A stretch of 64,000 nucleotides of DNA. Source: Gammaproteobacteria bacterium. Its GTDB lineage: Bacteria; Pseudomonadota; Gammaproteobacteria; Natronospirales; JAJUFS01. The DNA lies in assembly GCA_036381175.1 (NCBI GenBank), contig DASVDI010000005.1, forward strand, positions 129 to 64,128. Direction: 5' to 3'. The notes beneath the pieces were generated by a model, which was given only the letters and a program-made list of their open reading frames with translations, had not been told where the DNA came from and searched no databases. Below, piece after piece: positions 29,183 to 39,145 of this stretch. Both the position numbers and the translations under genes were made by a program. Position 1 is the stretch's first letter; the number at the start of each line of letters is the position of its first letter.

Positions 29183-29956
29183 TCAATGCCGCGGCGCGGC
29201 CTCCTTGGTTGCGTCCGCCATCACCGCCTGCTCGTACCAGCCGCGCACGCGCTGCACATGTGTCTCCTCCTGCCGCAATGCACGACGAAAATCATCCGCC
29301 ATGTCGTCCATGCCCATCTGTTCGGACAGGGAAATCAGCAGCTCCCAGGCGGCATTGTCGGCCAGTTCCGCGACCAGCAGCGCCTCCAGGCATTGGCCGA
29401 TCGAGGTGCGCGGATCCGCGGGCACTTTCTGGATGCCGAGCGCCATCACGCCGCTGACATCGGCATCGGGCGTCACGGCTGTCGGGTCCGCGCCCATCTC
29501 CGTCATGCAGTTTTTCAGCAGCCGGAAATGTTCCAGTTCCTCATCGCGGATGTGTTTCAGCTCATCCAGTGGCACTGGAGCGTCGCCCTGCAGTGAAGCG
29601 AGGGCTTCGCACTTGCGGATCGCGCTTTCATACAGGCGCACGCCGCCGCGCTCGAACGCAAGCCGCTCCCCCATCTTGTTGAGCAGCGCTTCGGGATTGC
29701 GGCCCGCCATTTTTCCCATCGCGGCTTTCAGCGCGCCTTTCATCGTCCCGGGAACCGGCACTGATCCGATCGTTCCCGCATTCTCGACGAACTGCTGTTC
29801 CATCAGCATCATTGCCTGGCCATCCGGTTTTTCAACGGGCGTGAGTTGTTGCGCACCGCTGATCATCGCCTTGCTGTCGATCGGCGACATGCCGATGCCG
29901 GTGCGGTTCATGCCCATCTCTGTCGATTTTTCCATTGCGTCTCTCCTGTCATTCAT
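29183..29956 (-). CDS. Ferritin-like domain protein
   Basis: ERGGVRLYE..DEELEHFRLL..ALLVAELADNAAWELL..RQEETH are paired EXXH-type helices. ATG 29956 overlaps the upstream stop as ATGA. Confidence 0.65.
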   Translation of the reverse strand: MNDRRDAMEKSTEMGMNRTGIGMSPIDSKAMISGAQQLTPVEKPDGQAMMLMEQQFVENAGTIGSVPVPGTMKGALKAAMGKMAGRNPEALLNKMGERLAFERGGVRLYESAIRKCEALASLQGDAPVPLDELKHIRDEELEHFRLLKNCMTEMGADPTAVTPDADVSGVMALGIQKVPADPRTSIGQCLEALLVAELADNAAWELLISLSEQMGMDDMADDFRRALRQEETHVQRVRGWYEQAVMADATKEAAPRH

Positions 29957-31125
29957 GCCGCGCGAATCGCGTCGGTGTTCAGTTCGGTGCCGGGCTGCCA
30001 CAGGTAACCGGCGGAAATGGCATCGGACGGAGAGCCTTCCGAATTCATGTACTCGCGGTACTTCAACGATTCCGGATTTTCCTGGCCCTTCTCGACAAAA
30101 TCCGTTCCCGCGGCACGCAGGTTGATTTCGCGTTTCAGCGTATCGCGCACGAATTCGCGCTGGCTTTCGTAGGCGATCGGATCAGGCAGCGTCTGCGGCA
30201 GAATTTCAGCGGGATCGCGGCGTTCGTGCTGCTTGAAAAGATCCATGACCACGGCAAGATGGCCGAGTTCGTAATCCAGGAAGCGCTCCCAGATCGCCTT
30301 CACCTGCGGATTGGATTCCGCTTCCATGCAGCTGTAGTAGTTGTAGGCCTCGTTCGCCTCGTACAGCATCCATTTCTCCAGCATGGTTTCGTTCGGATCA
30401 ATGATCGAACCGTACTGCGTGACGTGCTGCTCTTCGATGGAAGCAATTTCGGCGTAAAGATTCCGCGCGACCGGATCGGAAAATGTCGGTCCGATGTTCA
30501 TGTAGTAATCGCGCGTCTGGTATTCACCGGACATGATCGTCAGGGCGTTCAGCTTGCTGATCGGTTGCGCTGTTGCACGGTCGTAATGATCACGCAGGTC
30601 GTCGTGCGGATGACGATGCTCATCCGATGTCGGCCGTCCGGGAATCACATCGGTGTAGCTTTGCAGGATGTTGTTCGCATCCTTGCCTTCGACGCGGTCC
30701 AGCAGCGCCGAGTAGCGATACATGTGATCGAAATCTTCCAGCAGCCCGTAGCGGTAAACCTGCGCGAGATATTCGTCGGGCTCCTGCTGCGCAATTGCGG
30801 CTGTCACCTCGATGGCGACCTGCTCGTAGGCGATTGTTGTTTCAATCGGCGAATGATCGCCGGACAACAGCCAGTTCACCATCGTCTGCTGGTGATGCTC
30901 GACGCGCCGGATGCGCGCGAGGGGTTCGCGCAATGCTCCGTTCATCTGCGCGCAGAGATGCTGGAAGCGGTTTGCCTGTTGCTCGATGCCGTTCATCAGG
31001 ATGATGCGAACGCGCGTGAACGCGTCGTCATCAAGCTTGCTGATAGGCGGTGGCGACAGCTCCTTCAAGGTGAACTTCTGCTTCGCGAGCGGCGTTCCCT
31101 GTGTGTCGAATAGGTTTACGGCCAT
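29953..31125 (-). CDS. Ferritin-like / rubrerythrin-like di-iron protein
   Basis: GIEQQANRF..RRVEHHQ..YAEIASIEEQHVTQY..FLDYELGHL are the putative metal-ligand helices. AGGAGG RBS before ATG 31125. Confidence 0.6.
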   Translation of the reverse strand: MAVNLFDTQGTPLAKQKFTLKELSPPPISKLDDDAFTRVRIILMNGIEQQANRFQHLCAQMNGALREPLARIRRVEHHQQTMVNWLLSGDHSPIETTIAYEQVAIEVTAAIAQQEPDEYLAQVYRYGLLEDFDHMYRYSALLDRVEGKDANNILQSYTDVIPGRPTSDEHRHPHDDLRDHYDRATAQPISKLNALTIMSGEYQTRDYYMNIGPTFSDPVARNLYAEIASIEEQHVTQYGSIIDPNETMLEKWMLYEANEAYNYYSCMEAESNPQVKAIWERFLDYELGHLAVVMDLFKQHERRDPAEILPQTLPDPIAYESQREFVRDTLKREINLRAAGTDFVEKGQENPESLKYREYMNSEGSPSDAISAGYLWQPGTELNTDAIRAA

Positions 31126-31445
31126 GATTTCCTCCTGGCGCATCTGAAGTGACGGTTCGCGCAGCTTGCGCGGCCCGGTGCGCGATTGTTTTCGGAGATC
31201 GAACCCAAACGGCGGGATCGATGTACAGGCATTGCCGGATCGCGATAACCGAATTACCCGGTTGACGGTAAGCGTTATTGCCCACGTTCACGGGAAATCC
31301 TGCGTTGAAACCTGAACGCATTCAGGCGGAAATTGCGCGCTGCGTATTCGACAAGCCCGCGCATTTTTCCTAGACTCCCCCGCCTGCCTGGCCCCCGCCG
31401 TCCTGCTTTTTTTCGCAACCTCCGTCCTCTGAAGGAGCGCTTTTT

Positions 31446-32651
31446 TTGAAACACTTCCGTCTTGCCGCCGTGCTCGCGTTCGTCGTGGCGCTCGGTCCGT
31501 TCGCGCTGGACGCTTACCTGCCCGCATTTCCCGCCATTGCAATCGCGCTCGGCATTTCTACGGGTGAAGTCGGCCTGACGATCAGCGTGTACGTCATCGC
31601 GCTCGCGGCCGGGCAACTTGTTGGCGGGCCGTTGTCGGATCGATTCGGACGCGCGCCGGTGATGTTCGGCGGTCTCGGAATGTTTCTCGCCGGTAGCTTG
31701 CTCGTGGCGATCAGCGACTCGCTCGCATTCATGCTGTTCGCGCGCATCGTGCAGGCATTCGGCGGTGGTTTCAGCATGGTGAGCGTGCCGGCCATCGCGC
31801 GCGATCGCACGGAAGGCCGCGAGACCGCGCAACTGTTTTCATTGATTGCATTGATCATGTTCATCGCGCCCGCGATCGCACCGACCATCGGCGCGCTGCT
31901 GCTTGCACTGAGCGGCTGGCAGAGCATTTTCATTTTTCTCGCCGTCTACGCCGTGCTCGCGGCGGCCTTGATGAAACTCACGCTGTTTCGCGGCCGGCGG
32001 AAACGGCGGCGTCCGATTGCAGAGCCGCTGCATCGCCTTGCGACAAATTACCTGCACGTGATCCGCCATCGCGACGCGATGCGTTTCATCGGCCTGCAGG
32101 CGATGGTGTTCAGCATCATGCTTGTTTATCTCACCCACGCGCCGTTTCTCTACATGGACTGGCTGGGATTCTCGAACGCGGGTTTCTCGATGCTGTTCGC
32201 GACGAACGTCGCGGTCATGGCCGGATTCAGTCTCGCGAATCGGCAGATGCTGGGAAAACGCGAACCGGTTTCCATTCTCAAGTTCGCGTTGTCGATGCAG
32301 GCGGGCGGCATTGCGCTGCTTGGCGCGGTCGCGCTGTTCGATCTGCCCGGCGTCATCGCGATTCCCGCGCTCGCGATTGCTGTCGGCAGTCTCGGCGCGA
32401 TCGCGCCGAACAACACCGCGAGCGTGATGCATTATTTTCGTGAATTGAGCGGTACGGCCGCGGCTGTGATGGGTGCGATCCAGTTCACCGTCAGCGGCGT
32501 GATCAGCGGACTGGTGTCGTTGTTCGCGGCACAAAGCGTGCTGGTGACGATTGCGGTGATGGCGGCATGTTCGGCGCTCGCCTTCCTGCTGCTGCGCGCC
32601 GTGCGCCGCTCGGCATCGGAAACATTCCCAGCGGAAACGGATCGCGCCTGA
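31446..32651 (+). CDS. MFS transporter, Bcr/CflA drug-resistance subfamily
   Basis: 12 TM helices. ALGPFALDAYLPAFPAIA..GGPLSDRFGRAPV are the Bcr/CflA N-terminal motifs. Confidence 0.85.
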   Translation: MKHFRLAAVLAFVVALGPFALDAYLPAFPAIAIALGISTGEVGLTISVYVIALAAGQLVGGPLSDRFGRAPVMFGGLGMFLAGSLLVAISDSLAFMLFARIVQAFGGGFSMVSVPAIARDRTEGRETAQLFSLIALIMFIAPAIAPTIGALLLALSGWQSIFIFLAVYAVLAAALMKLTLFRGRRKRRRPIAEPLHRLATNYLHVIRHRDAMRFIGLQAMVFSIMLVYLTHAPFLYMDWLGFSNAGFSMLFATNVAVMAGFSLANRQMLGKREPVSILKFALSMQAGGIALLGAVALFDLPGVIAIPALAIAVGSLGAIAPNNTASVMHYFRELSGTAAAVMGAIQFTVSGVISGLVSLFAAQSVLVTIAVMAACSALAFLLLRAVRRSASETFPAETDRA

Positions 32652-32663
32652 GCGTTTCCGGTT

Positions 32664-34763
32664 TTATTCCCGCCATGGCTCGGGCTCGTGAACGCCGTAA
32701 CCTTGCGCGTAGTCGACGCCGATGTCGCGCAGCTCGGCAACGATCGTTTCGTTCTCGACGAACTCCGCAATCGTTTTCAGGCCGAGAATCTTGCCGACGT
32801 TGTTGATGGCTTCCGTCATGGCGCGATCCACGGCATTGAGGTGCAGATTGCGCACAAACGTGCCGTCGATCTTCAGGTAATCGACATTCAGCTCGCGCAG
32901 ATAACTGAATGATGACATGCCGCTGCCGAAATCATCGAGCGCAATACTGCAACCCAGCGTTTTCATTTCATCGATGAAACGTTTCGCGAGCGCAAGGTTC
33001 GCAATTGCTGCCGTCTCCGTGATCTCGAAACACAGGCAACGGCCGGCGACGCCGGTTGCCTTAAGCGTCTGCTTCACGAAATCCGGAAAACGTTCATCGC
33101 TCAGCGTTGTGCCGGAAACATTGATGCTCAGCAAACCCGGACCGGATTGCTTGCCGGCGTGCGCGAGACGCTCACAGACTGTCAGCAGTACCCAGCGGTC
33201 GATGGATGGCATGAGGTTGTAGCGTTCAGCCGGCGGCACAAAAAGCCCGGGCGCTACGAGCACGCCGTCCTCCTCGCGGTAGCGGATCAGGATTTCGCCA
33301 TGCGCCACATCGTCGTTCGGCGAGAGTGACTGGATTTCCTGGCGGAACAAAACAAAGCGGTTTTTCTCGATGGCATCGCCGAGCTTCGAAACCCACGCCA
33401 TTTCGTTTTTCCTGGAAACGAAATGTTCGTCAGTGGCGTCGTACAGCTGAATGCGATTGCGGCCTTTTTCCTTCGCCGCGTAACAGGCAGCATCGGCCGC
33501 GCTCAACACTTCCTCTACGCCGCTCATGCCGGCATCGATCTCGACAATGCCGATGCTCACCGCAATGGGAAACTGCCGCGTATTCCAGGTGAAGCGATAC
33601 GTGCTGACGATGTCCAGCAACTGCTGCGCACGATCGGCGGCCGTGTCGCTGTCACAATTCGGCATCAGGATGCCGAACTCGTCGCCACCGAGGCGCGCGA
33701 GAATGTCATTGCCGCGCAGCGCCGATTGCAGGAGACGGGAAAGCTCGACAATGGCGCGGTCACCCGCCGAATGACCGCAGGTGTCATTGATGACCTTGAA
33801 CTGATCGATGTCGAGATACAGCAGCGAGTGACGGGACCGGTTGCTGCGCGCGATATCGAGCACGGTTTCAATGTTGCGCATGAACTCGCCGCGGTTGACA
33901 AGGTCGGTCAGCAGGTCGTGCCGTGCCTGGTATTCCAGTTCCGCCACCGCGCGCTGGCGCTCGCTGATGTCGTGATAGATCGCGAACACGCCGAGATCCT
34001 TGCCCATGCCGCGGATGGGATACGCGAGAATTTCGACTTCGATCTTCCTGCCGGACTTGTGCCGGCGAGTGGCAATACTGCGCACCGATTCTTTCTTGTC
34101 CACGTTGCGCGAGAACATCGCGAGCGATTCGCGCGCATCACTTTCCGAAACGATCAGCGTCAGCGGCGACTTGCCCAGCATCTCGTCGCGTTCGTAACCG
34201 AAAATCTTCTGGAAGGCGGCATTGACATCGACAACCCGTCCCTCGTGGTCGAGCAGCACGATGCCGTCGGGCGAGTTCGCGAACAGTTGCTGGAAATAAA
34301 GCGTCTGCGCTTCAAGCTTTTCGATCAGCTCGTGCAGTTCGGTGACGTCCGCCGCCATGACCAGCGCGGCGTCATGACCTTGATAAGGAAGCTGATGACT
34401 GTGAATCGTCACGAAGATGAACGAGCCGTCCTTGCGCCGGTGGCGCCAGCCGGCGGAAAAATTGTAGCCCGCCTGCGCGGGCGCTTCGAGAATCTCCATG
34501 AGACGGGGGACATCTTCCGGAGGACGAATATCGGCCAGCGTCATGGCGAGAAATTCCTCGCGCGTGTAGCCGTAGGTGCGCACTGCCGCGCCGTTGACCT
34601 CGAGGAATCGCATCGACTTTCGATCGTAGATCCACATCGGATGCGGGTTGTCATCGAACAGGAGCGCGAAAGCGCGCCATGCAATCGATTCGTCCGTAAT
34701 CCCGCCTTCGTGTCCCGCAAGCAAGCTCCGCGCCAGCGTCTCCGTTTTCTTCTTTTTCTTCAT
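32664..34763 (-). CDS. PAS-PAS-GGDEF-EAL signalling protein
   Basis: The GGDEF site is ARLGGDEFGIL. The EAL domain shows CFEITE..DDFGSGMSSFSYL..KIDGTF. Two PAS-like modules lie upstream. GAGGATGGA RBS before ATG 34763. Confidence 0.9.
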   Translation of the reverse strand: MKKKKKTETLARSLLAGHEGGITDESIAWRAFALLFDDNPHPMWIYDRKSMRFLEVNGAAVRTYGYTREEFLAMTLADIRPPEDVPRLMEILEAPAQAGYNFSAGWRHRRKDGSFIFVTIHSHQLPYQGHDAALVMAADVTELHELIEKLEAQTLYFQQLFANSPDGIVLLDHEGRVVDVNAAFQKIFGYERDEMLGKSPLTLIVSESDARESLAMFSRNVDKKESVRSIATRRHKSGRKIEVEILAYPIRGMGKDLGVFAIYHDISERQRAVAELEYQARHDLLTDLVNRGEFMRNIETVLDIARSNRSRHSLLYLDIDQFKVINDTCGHSAGDRAIVELSRLLQSALRGNDILARLGGDEFGILMPNCDSDTAADRAQQLLDIVSTYRFTWNTRQFPIAVSIGIVEIDAGMSGVEEVLSAADAACYAAKEKGRNRIQLYDATDEHFVSRKNEMAWVSKLGDAIEKNRFVLFRQEIQSLSPNDDVAHGEILIRYREEDGVLVAPGLFVPPAERYNLMPSIDRWVLLTVCERLAHAGKQSGPGLLSINVSGTTLSDERFPDFVKQTLKATGVAGRCLCFEITETAAIANLALAKRFIDEMKTLGCSIALDDFGSGMSSFSYLRELNVDYLKIDGTFVRNLHLNAVDRAMTEAINNVGKILGLKTIAEFVENETIVAELRDIGVDYAQGYGVHEPEPWRE

Positions 34764-34960
34764 TCCATCCTCGCAAGGCGGATGTTCACCGCGCAGCAGC
34801 CTGCGCAGCTTTGTGGTCACAGTTGAACAAAAAGGTCACGCTTTGCGCAAGCCGGTTCATGGCGGCGATTTGAACCGAAAAATTTGTGGTTATTTCAACA
34901 CATCGCATTACACTTTGGTGCGATTGGTTTGTCGCGTCCCATTCGCGGAGAACAAGAACA

Positions 34961-35695
34961 ATGAATCGTCTTTGCATCATCACGGCGCTCCTGGCCGGCG
35001 CTTTCCCTGTCCATGCGGCTGATCTTGCGCCATCCGAGGTCATGCGCCGGATTCCGTCCATTCCCGAGTCCGTCGAGGCGCGGGATTGCGCTGCCGCACA
35101 ATCCCTGCTGGCCGGTGTCGAACAGCAGGCGATGGCGGACATGATGCGCGTCCAGCGCATGTCGATGACGGGCGGAAGCGGCGGCGCGATCAACGGCCGG
35201 CAGGGCAATGTGATCGAAAAACTCGTGGCGCCGGAAAACTCGGCATGCGATGCAAATGTGTTCATGGACCACGACGGCCAGGATATCGCCGGTGAATTCC
35301 AGCGCGATCTGTCAGCAATAAGAAAGCAGACACGCGAGAAGATCGAGAAGGAATGCCCGGTGATTGGCGCGGGCGACTATCGCGCCGAACCCTGCGTCCG
35401 GCCGATCCTCGATTACGGCAAGCGCAGGGAAGGCGCCGCACTGGTCGCTTACATCACGCGCGCCAACCGGGCGTTGACCGAAGAACGGGACGCCTACGCC
35501 GCGTGTGCGGCCAGGCATGAACAGTTGACGGAAGAGGCTTACGCCGCGGATTTGCCGCCGCAGTACACCGGACTCGCGCTCGGCAACAAGGTGAAAAGCT
35601 GGCAAAGTCTCGCGCTGCTCGTGAATCGCTACCAGCGGCTGTGCGGCGCGGCTGCCGAGGCGAGCGCGGAGCTCGCGAATCCGGATCGCTGGTAG
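34961..35695 (+). CDS. Exported hypothetical protein
   Basis: MNRLCIITALLAGAFPVHA is a signal peptide. No family recognised. Confidence 0.55.
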   Translation: MNRLCIITALLAGAFPVHAADLAPSEVMRRIPSIPESVEARDCAAAQSLLAGVEQQAMADMMRVQRMSMTGGSGGAINGRQGNVIEKLVAPENSACDANVFMDHDGQDIAGEFQRDLSAIRKQTREKIEKECPVIGAGDYRAEPCVRPILDYGKRREGAALVAYITRANRALTEERDAYAACAARHEQLTEEAYAADLPPQYTGLALGNKVKSWQSLALLVNRYQRLCGAAAEASAELANPDRW

Positions 35696-35777
35696 GTTCG
35701 CGGACAACATTCGGGCAGCAGCACTTGCCGGCGACGCGTGTTCGCATGGCCGCCTTTCCTGACAGGGGAACACAAGC

Positions 35778-36242
35778 ATGACCGAGCAATCCGTTGACCG
35801 CGGCGCGATTGCGGCATGGCGCGTCAGTTCGGCGCTGGTCGGCGCATTCGTGCTGCTCGTCTTCGCCGTCGTCGCGTTCACCTCCAGGCTGCCGGTGTCA
35901 TTGACGGTCCCCGTCCTGCTCCTGCTGTTCGCGATTGTCGTTGTGTTGACGTGGTGGCATCCCGCGGCGACGTACCGGCATTTGCGTTATTCGATTGACG
36001 AGGCGGGGATTACCATTCGCGCCGGCATTTTCTGGCGCACGCAATCCGCACTCGCGCGCGTGCGCATCCAGCACACCGATGTCGCGCAGGGACCGCTGCA
36101 GCGGCATTACGGCATCGCGACGCTGAAGCTTTACACCGCCGGCAGTCATTACACGAAAATAGAACTCCCCGGTCTCGCGCATGAAACCGCCATCGCGCTG
36201 CGCAACGAGTTACGGCAGGAAGGAGACGGCGATGCCGTCTGA
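35778..36242 (+). CDS. Bacterial PH-domain membrane protein (YdbS-like, bPH_2)
   Basis: Two TM helices, then RYSIDEAGITIRAGIFWRTQSALARVRIQHTDVAQGPLQRHYGIATLKLYTAG. Confidence 0.75.
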   Translation: MTEQSVDRGAIAAWRVSSALVGAFVLLVFAVVAFTSRLPVSLTVPVLLLLFAIVVVLTWWHPAATYRHLRYSIDEAGITIRAGIFWRTQSALARVRIQHTDVAQGPLQRHYGIATLKLYTAGSHYTKIELPGLAHETAIALRNELRQEGDGDAV

Positions 36243-37743
36243 TGCGCCCAGTGGTGAGTTCACGCCGCAGAAACGCCTGCATGGATTGTCGTGGATTTTC
36301 GTCGCGGTGGATTACATCCGGCATTTCATCGTCCCGCTGATTGCCGCCGTCGTGCTCGGCGCGCAGGACGATTACGCGTTGTGGGGCCTCGTGCTGGTCG
36401 TGCCGCTCGTTATCGGCGCCGTGTGGCAGCAATGGATTTACCGCTACGATTTCGGTCCCAGCGGCCTCGTGATCCACGAAGGACTTTTCTTTCGCAATGT
36501 CCGCAACATCGATTACGGACGGATCGAAAACGTCGATACGGAACGGAATCTCCTGCATCGATTGTTCGATGTCGCACAGGTGCGCGTGGAGACATCCAGC
36601 GGCGGGCGTTCAGAAGCGGTGATTCGCGTGCTGGGCTTGCCTGCCGTCAAGGAAATGCGCGAACGCATTTTCAGTGCGCGCGACGACGTCGCAACCGCTG
36701 ACGAGAATCACGAACCTGACGTCGCGGAAACCTTGCTGCATCTCGGGCTCGGCGAACTCGTGCGTTACGGGTTGATCGACAACCGCGGCGTCATCGTGGT
36801 CGCAGCCTTGTTCGGTCTGCTCGCGCAAGGCGGAATGTACCAGGCGATGGAAGACTGGCTCGCGCCTTTGATCGAACAACTGCCATTCGCGGATTTCGCC
36901 GCCATCGGTCCGCTTGCGCAGGCATTTTTCATCCTCTCAACCATTGCGGGGTTGGTTGCGGGCACGCGGCTTCTTTCCATCCTGATCGCCTTCATCACGC
37001 TCCACGATTTTCGATTGACCAGGAACGATGAAGACCTGCGCGTGCATCACGGACTGTTCACGCGCCTGGCGCTCACAATGCGACGCCCGCGCATCCAGGT
37101 CGTGCATCAAAAAGCGTCGTTGCTGCACCGTCTTTTCAAACGCGTTTCCTTGCGCGTGGATCTCGCCGGCGGAATGGCGGCGAGCAATGGACAGAACGCG
37201 CAGCAAGGACAAACGAGAAAGTTGTGGCTCGCGCCCGTCGCAACGCCCGAGAAAGCCGGCGAGCTTATCCGCATCGCGCTGCCGGGCGTTCATCTTGAGG
37301 GACTCGACTGGCAGCAATTGTCGCCACGCGCGCAGTGGCGTTTGTTCCGGCTGTTGAGCGGAATCTGGCTGGTGATTTCCGCAGCGCCGGCAATCTTTTT
37401 CCTGGGCTGGTGGGCGCCTGCCATCGTGCTGCCCGTCATGCCGTTGCTCTGGTTGTACGCGCGCATGTACGTGAAGTACACGCGCTGGGCGCTGCATGAC
37501 GATTTTTTCGTCTTTCGCCGCGGCTGGCTGACGCGACGATTATCAATCGCGCCGCGCAATCGCATCCAGAGCGTGCGCGTTTCGGAATCGCCCTTCGATC
37601 GCCGCTATCGCATGGCGGGGCTTGGCGTGGATACCGCCGGCGCAAGCGCCGGACAGATACGCATTCCCTTCCTTGATCGCGATGCAGCCAGAATGCTCGC
37701 ACACGCGCTTTACGCACCGAAGTTTCAGCGCGGCGCGTTGTAA
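36232..37743 (+). CDS. YdbT-like membrane protein with three bPH_2 repeats
   Basis: ATG 36232 overlaps the ydbS-like stop. Repeated motifs: FRNVRNIDYGRIENVD.., HHGLFTRLALTMRRPRIQVV.., RRGWLTRRLSIAPRNRIQSV... Confidence 0.75.
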   Translation: MPSDAPSGEFTPQKRLHGLSWIFVAVDYIRHFIVPLIAAVVLGAQDDYALWGLVLVVPLVIGAVWQQWIYRYDFGPSGLVIHEGLFFRNVRNIDYGRIENVDTERNLLHRLFDVAQVRVETSSGGRSEAVIRVLGLPAVKEMRERIFSARDDVATADENHEPDVAETLLHLGLGELVRYGLIDNRGVIVVAALFGLLAQGGMYQAMEDWLAPLIEQLPFADFAAIGPLAQAFFILSTIAGLVAGTRLLSILIAFITLHDFRLTRNDEDLRVHHGLFTRLALTMRRPRIQVVHQKASLLHRLFKRVSLRVDLAGGMAASNGQNAQQGQTRKLWLAPVATPEKAGELIRIALPGVHLEGLDWQQLSPRAQWRLFRLLSGIWLVISAAPAIFFLGWWAPAIVLPVMPLLWLYARMYVKYTRWALHDDFFVFRRGWLTRRLSIAPRNRIQSVRVSESPFDRRYRMAGLGVDTAGASAGQIRIPFLDRDAARMLAHALYAPKFQRGAL

Positions 37744-38849
37744 CCGCCCGCCACGCCGCGCGGCGAAAGCACGAGCTGCCACAACTGCATGCGTCTTGCG
37801 CGGAAACCCGCCGCGCTCATCAACAGGTACAAGCGCCACATGCGGCGGAAACGTTCGTCGTATTTCGACAGCAGATTCTGGCAGCGCGTTTCGAAGTTTT
37901 CGTGCCACGCAAGCAGCGTGCGATCGTAATCGGCGCCGAAGTTGTGCCAGTCCTCCATCACGAACAACTGCTCGCACGCGGCACCGATCTGGCGGACTGA
38001 CGGCAGGTTGGAACGCGGAAAAATGTAACGCGCGATCCACGGATTGGTGTGCGTCGCGCTGGTGTTGCGGCCGATGGAATGCAGCAGGAAGAGCCCGTCG
38101 GGCTTGAGGCATTTTCGCAGTACGTCAAAATAGCGCCGGTAATTGCGAAAGCCGACGTGCTCGAACATGCCGATGGAGAACACGCGATCGAAATGGCCTG
38201 AAAATTTCTCGGGAAGATCGCGGTAATCTTCAAGACGGATATCGACGGGAAGCTCCGCCGCATTCGCGCGCGCGAATTGCGCCTGGTGTTCGGAAACCGT
38301 GATGCCGACCGCCTCCACGCCATGATTTTCGGCGAGGTATTTCACCGCCCCGCCCCAGCCGCAACCGACATCCAGCACGCGCATGCCGGCCTTGAGCCCG
38401 AGCTTCCGCGCGACGAGATTGAGCTTCGCGCGTTGCGCACCGGCGAGATTGTCCGCGTCTTTCCAGTAACCGCAGGAATAAATCATCTGCGGATCAAGCA
38501 TGCACTCGAAAAGCTCCTCGCCGAGATCGTAATGCCGCCGGCCGATCTGGAACGCGCCCGTGCGGGATTGAAGGTTGAACAAACGCGTTCGCAGCGACAA
38601 TGCCGCGCGATGCCAGTCGCTCACTGATTTGTCGATATCCGCCTGCAAAAGGCGGAAGAACATGTCATCAAGACGTTCGCAATCCCACCAGCCGTCCATG
38701 TACGACTCGCCGAGCCCGAGTGAGCCCTGCACCACCGCACGCCGAAAAAAACGCGCATCGTGCACACGGATATCCCACGGCCGCTCGCCATCGACGCGGA
38801 TATCCGCCCGCCCGAGCAGCTCGATCACGCGTTTTCGAAACCAGGACAT
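37725..38849 (-). CDS. cfa: Cyclopropane-fatty-acyl-phospholipid synthase
   Basis: The SAM motif is VLDVGCGWGG. Also present: HYDLGEELFECMLD..YSCGYW and SIGMFEHVG..NYRRYF. Confidence 0.9.
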   Translation of the reverse strand: MSWFRKRVIELLGRADIRVDGERPWDIRVHDARFFRRAVVQGSLGLGESYMDGWWDCERLDDMFFRLLQADIDKSVSDWHRAALSLRTRLFNLQSRTGAFQIGRRHYDLGEELFECMLDPQMIYSCGYWKDADNLAGAQRAKLNLVARKLGLKAGMRVLDVGCGWGGAVKYLAENHGVEAVGITVSEHQAQFARANAAELPVDIRLEDYRDLPEKFSGHFDRVFSIGMFEHVGFRNYRRYFDVLRKCLKPDGLFLLHSIGRNTSATHTNPWIARYIFPRSNLPSVRQIGAACEQLFVMEDWHNFGADYDRTLLAWHENFETRCQNLLSKYDERFRRMWRLYLLMSAAGFRARRMQLWQLVLSPRGVAGGYNAPR

Positions 38850-39145
38850 GACGCGCGGTATCGCAAAAAAACAGGGGATTTACCATACATAAAAGGGTGC
38901 AGGTTTCCGGTTACGCGCAGGCACATATATAAAAGGTCACAGCCTGGAGCTCGCCGGGAAGAACGAATCGCGTCGCCCGTTCGCCTGGTCGCGCCGTCCC
39001 GGCCCGCCCACCCTCGAATAAAAGTGAACCTCCGGCGGAACCCGGAGGATTCACGGTCGAGCCACTGCGCATCCGCGCGTCATGCGCGTTCCGGATGAGC
39101 GGTGGCGACGCGAATTCGAGTCAAACCGCTCTGTGGAGGTGGGTC

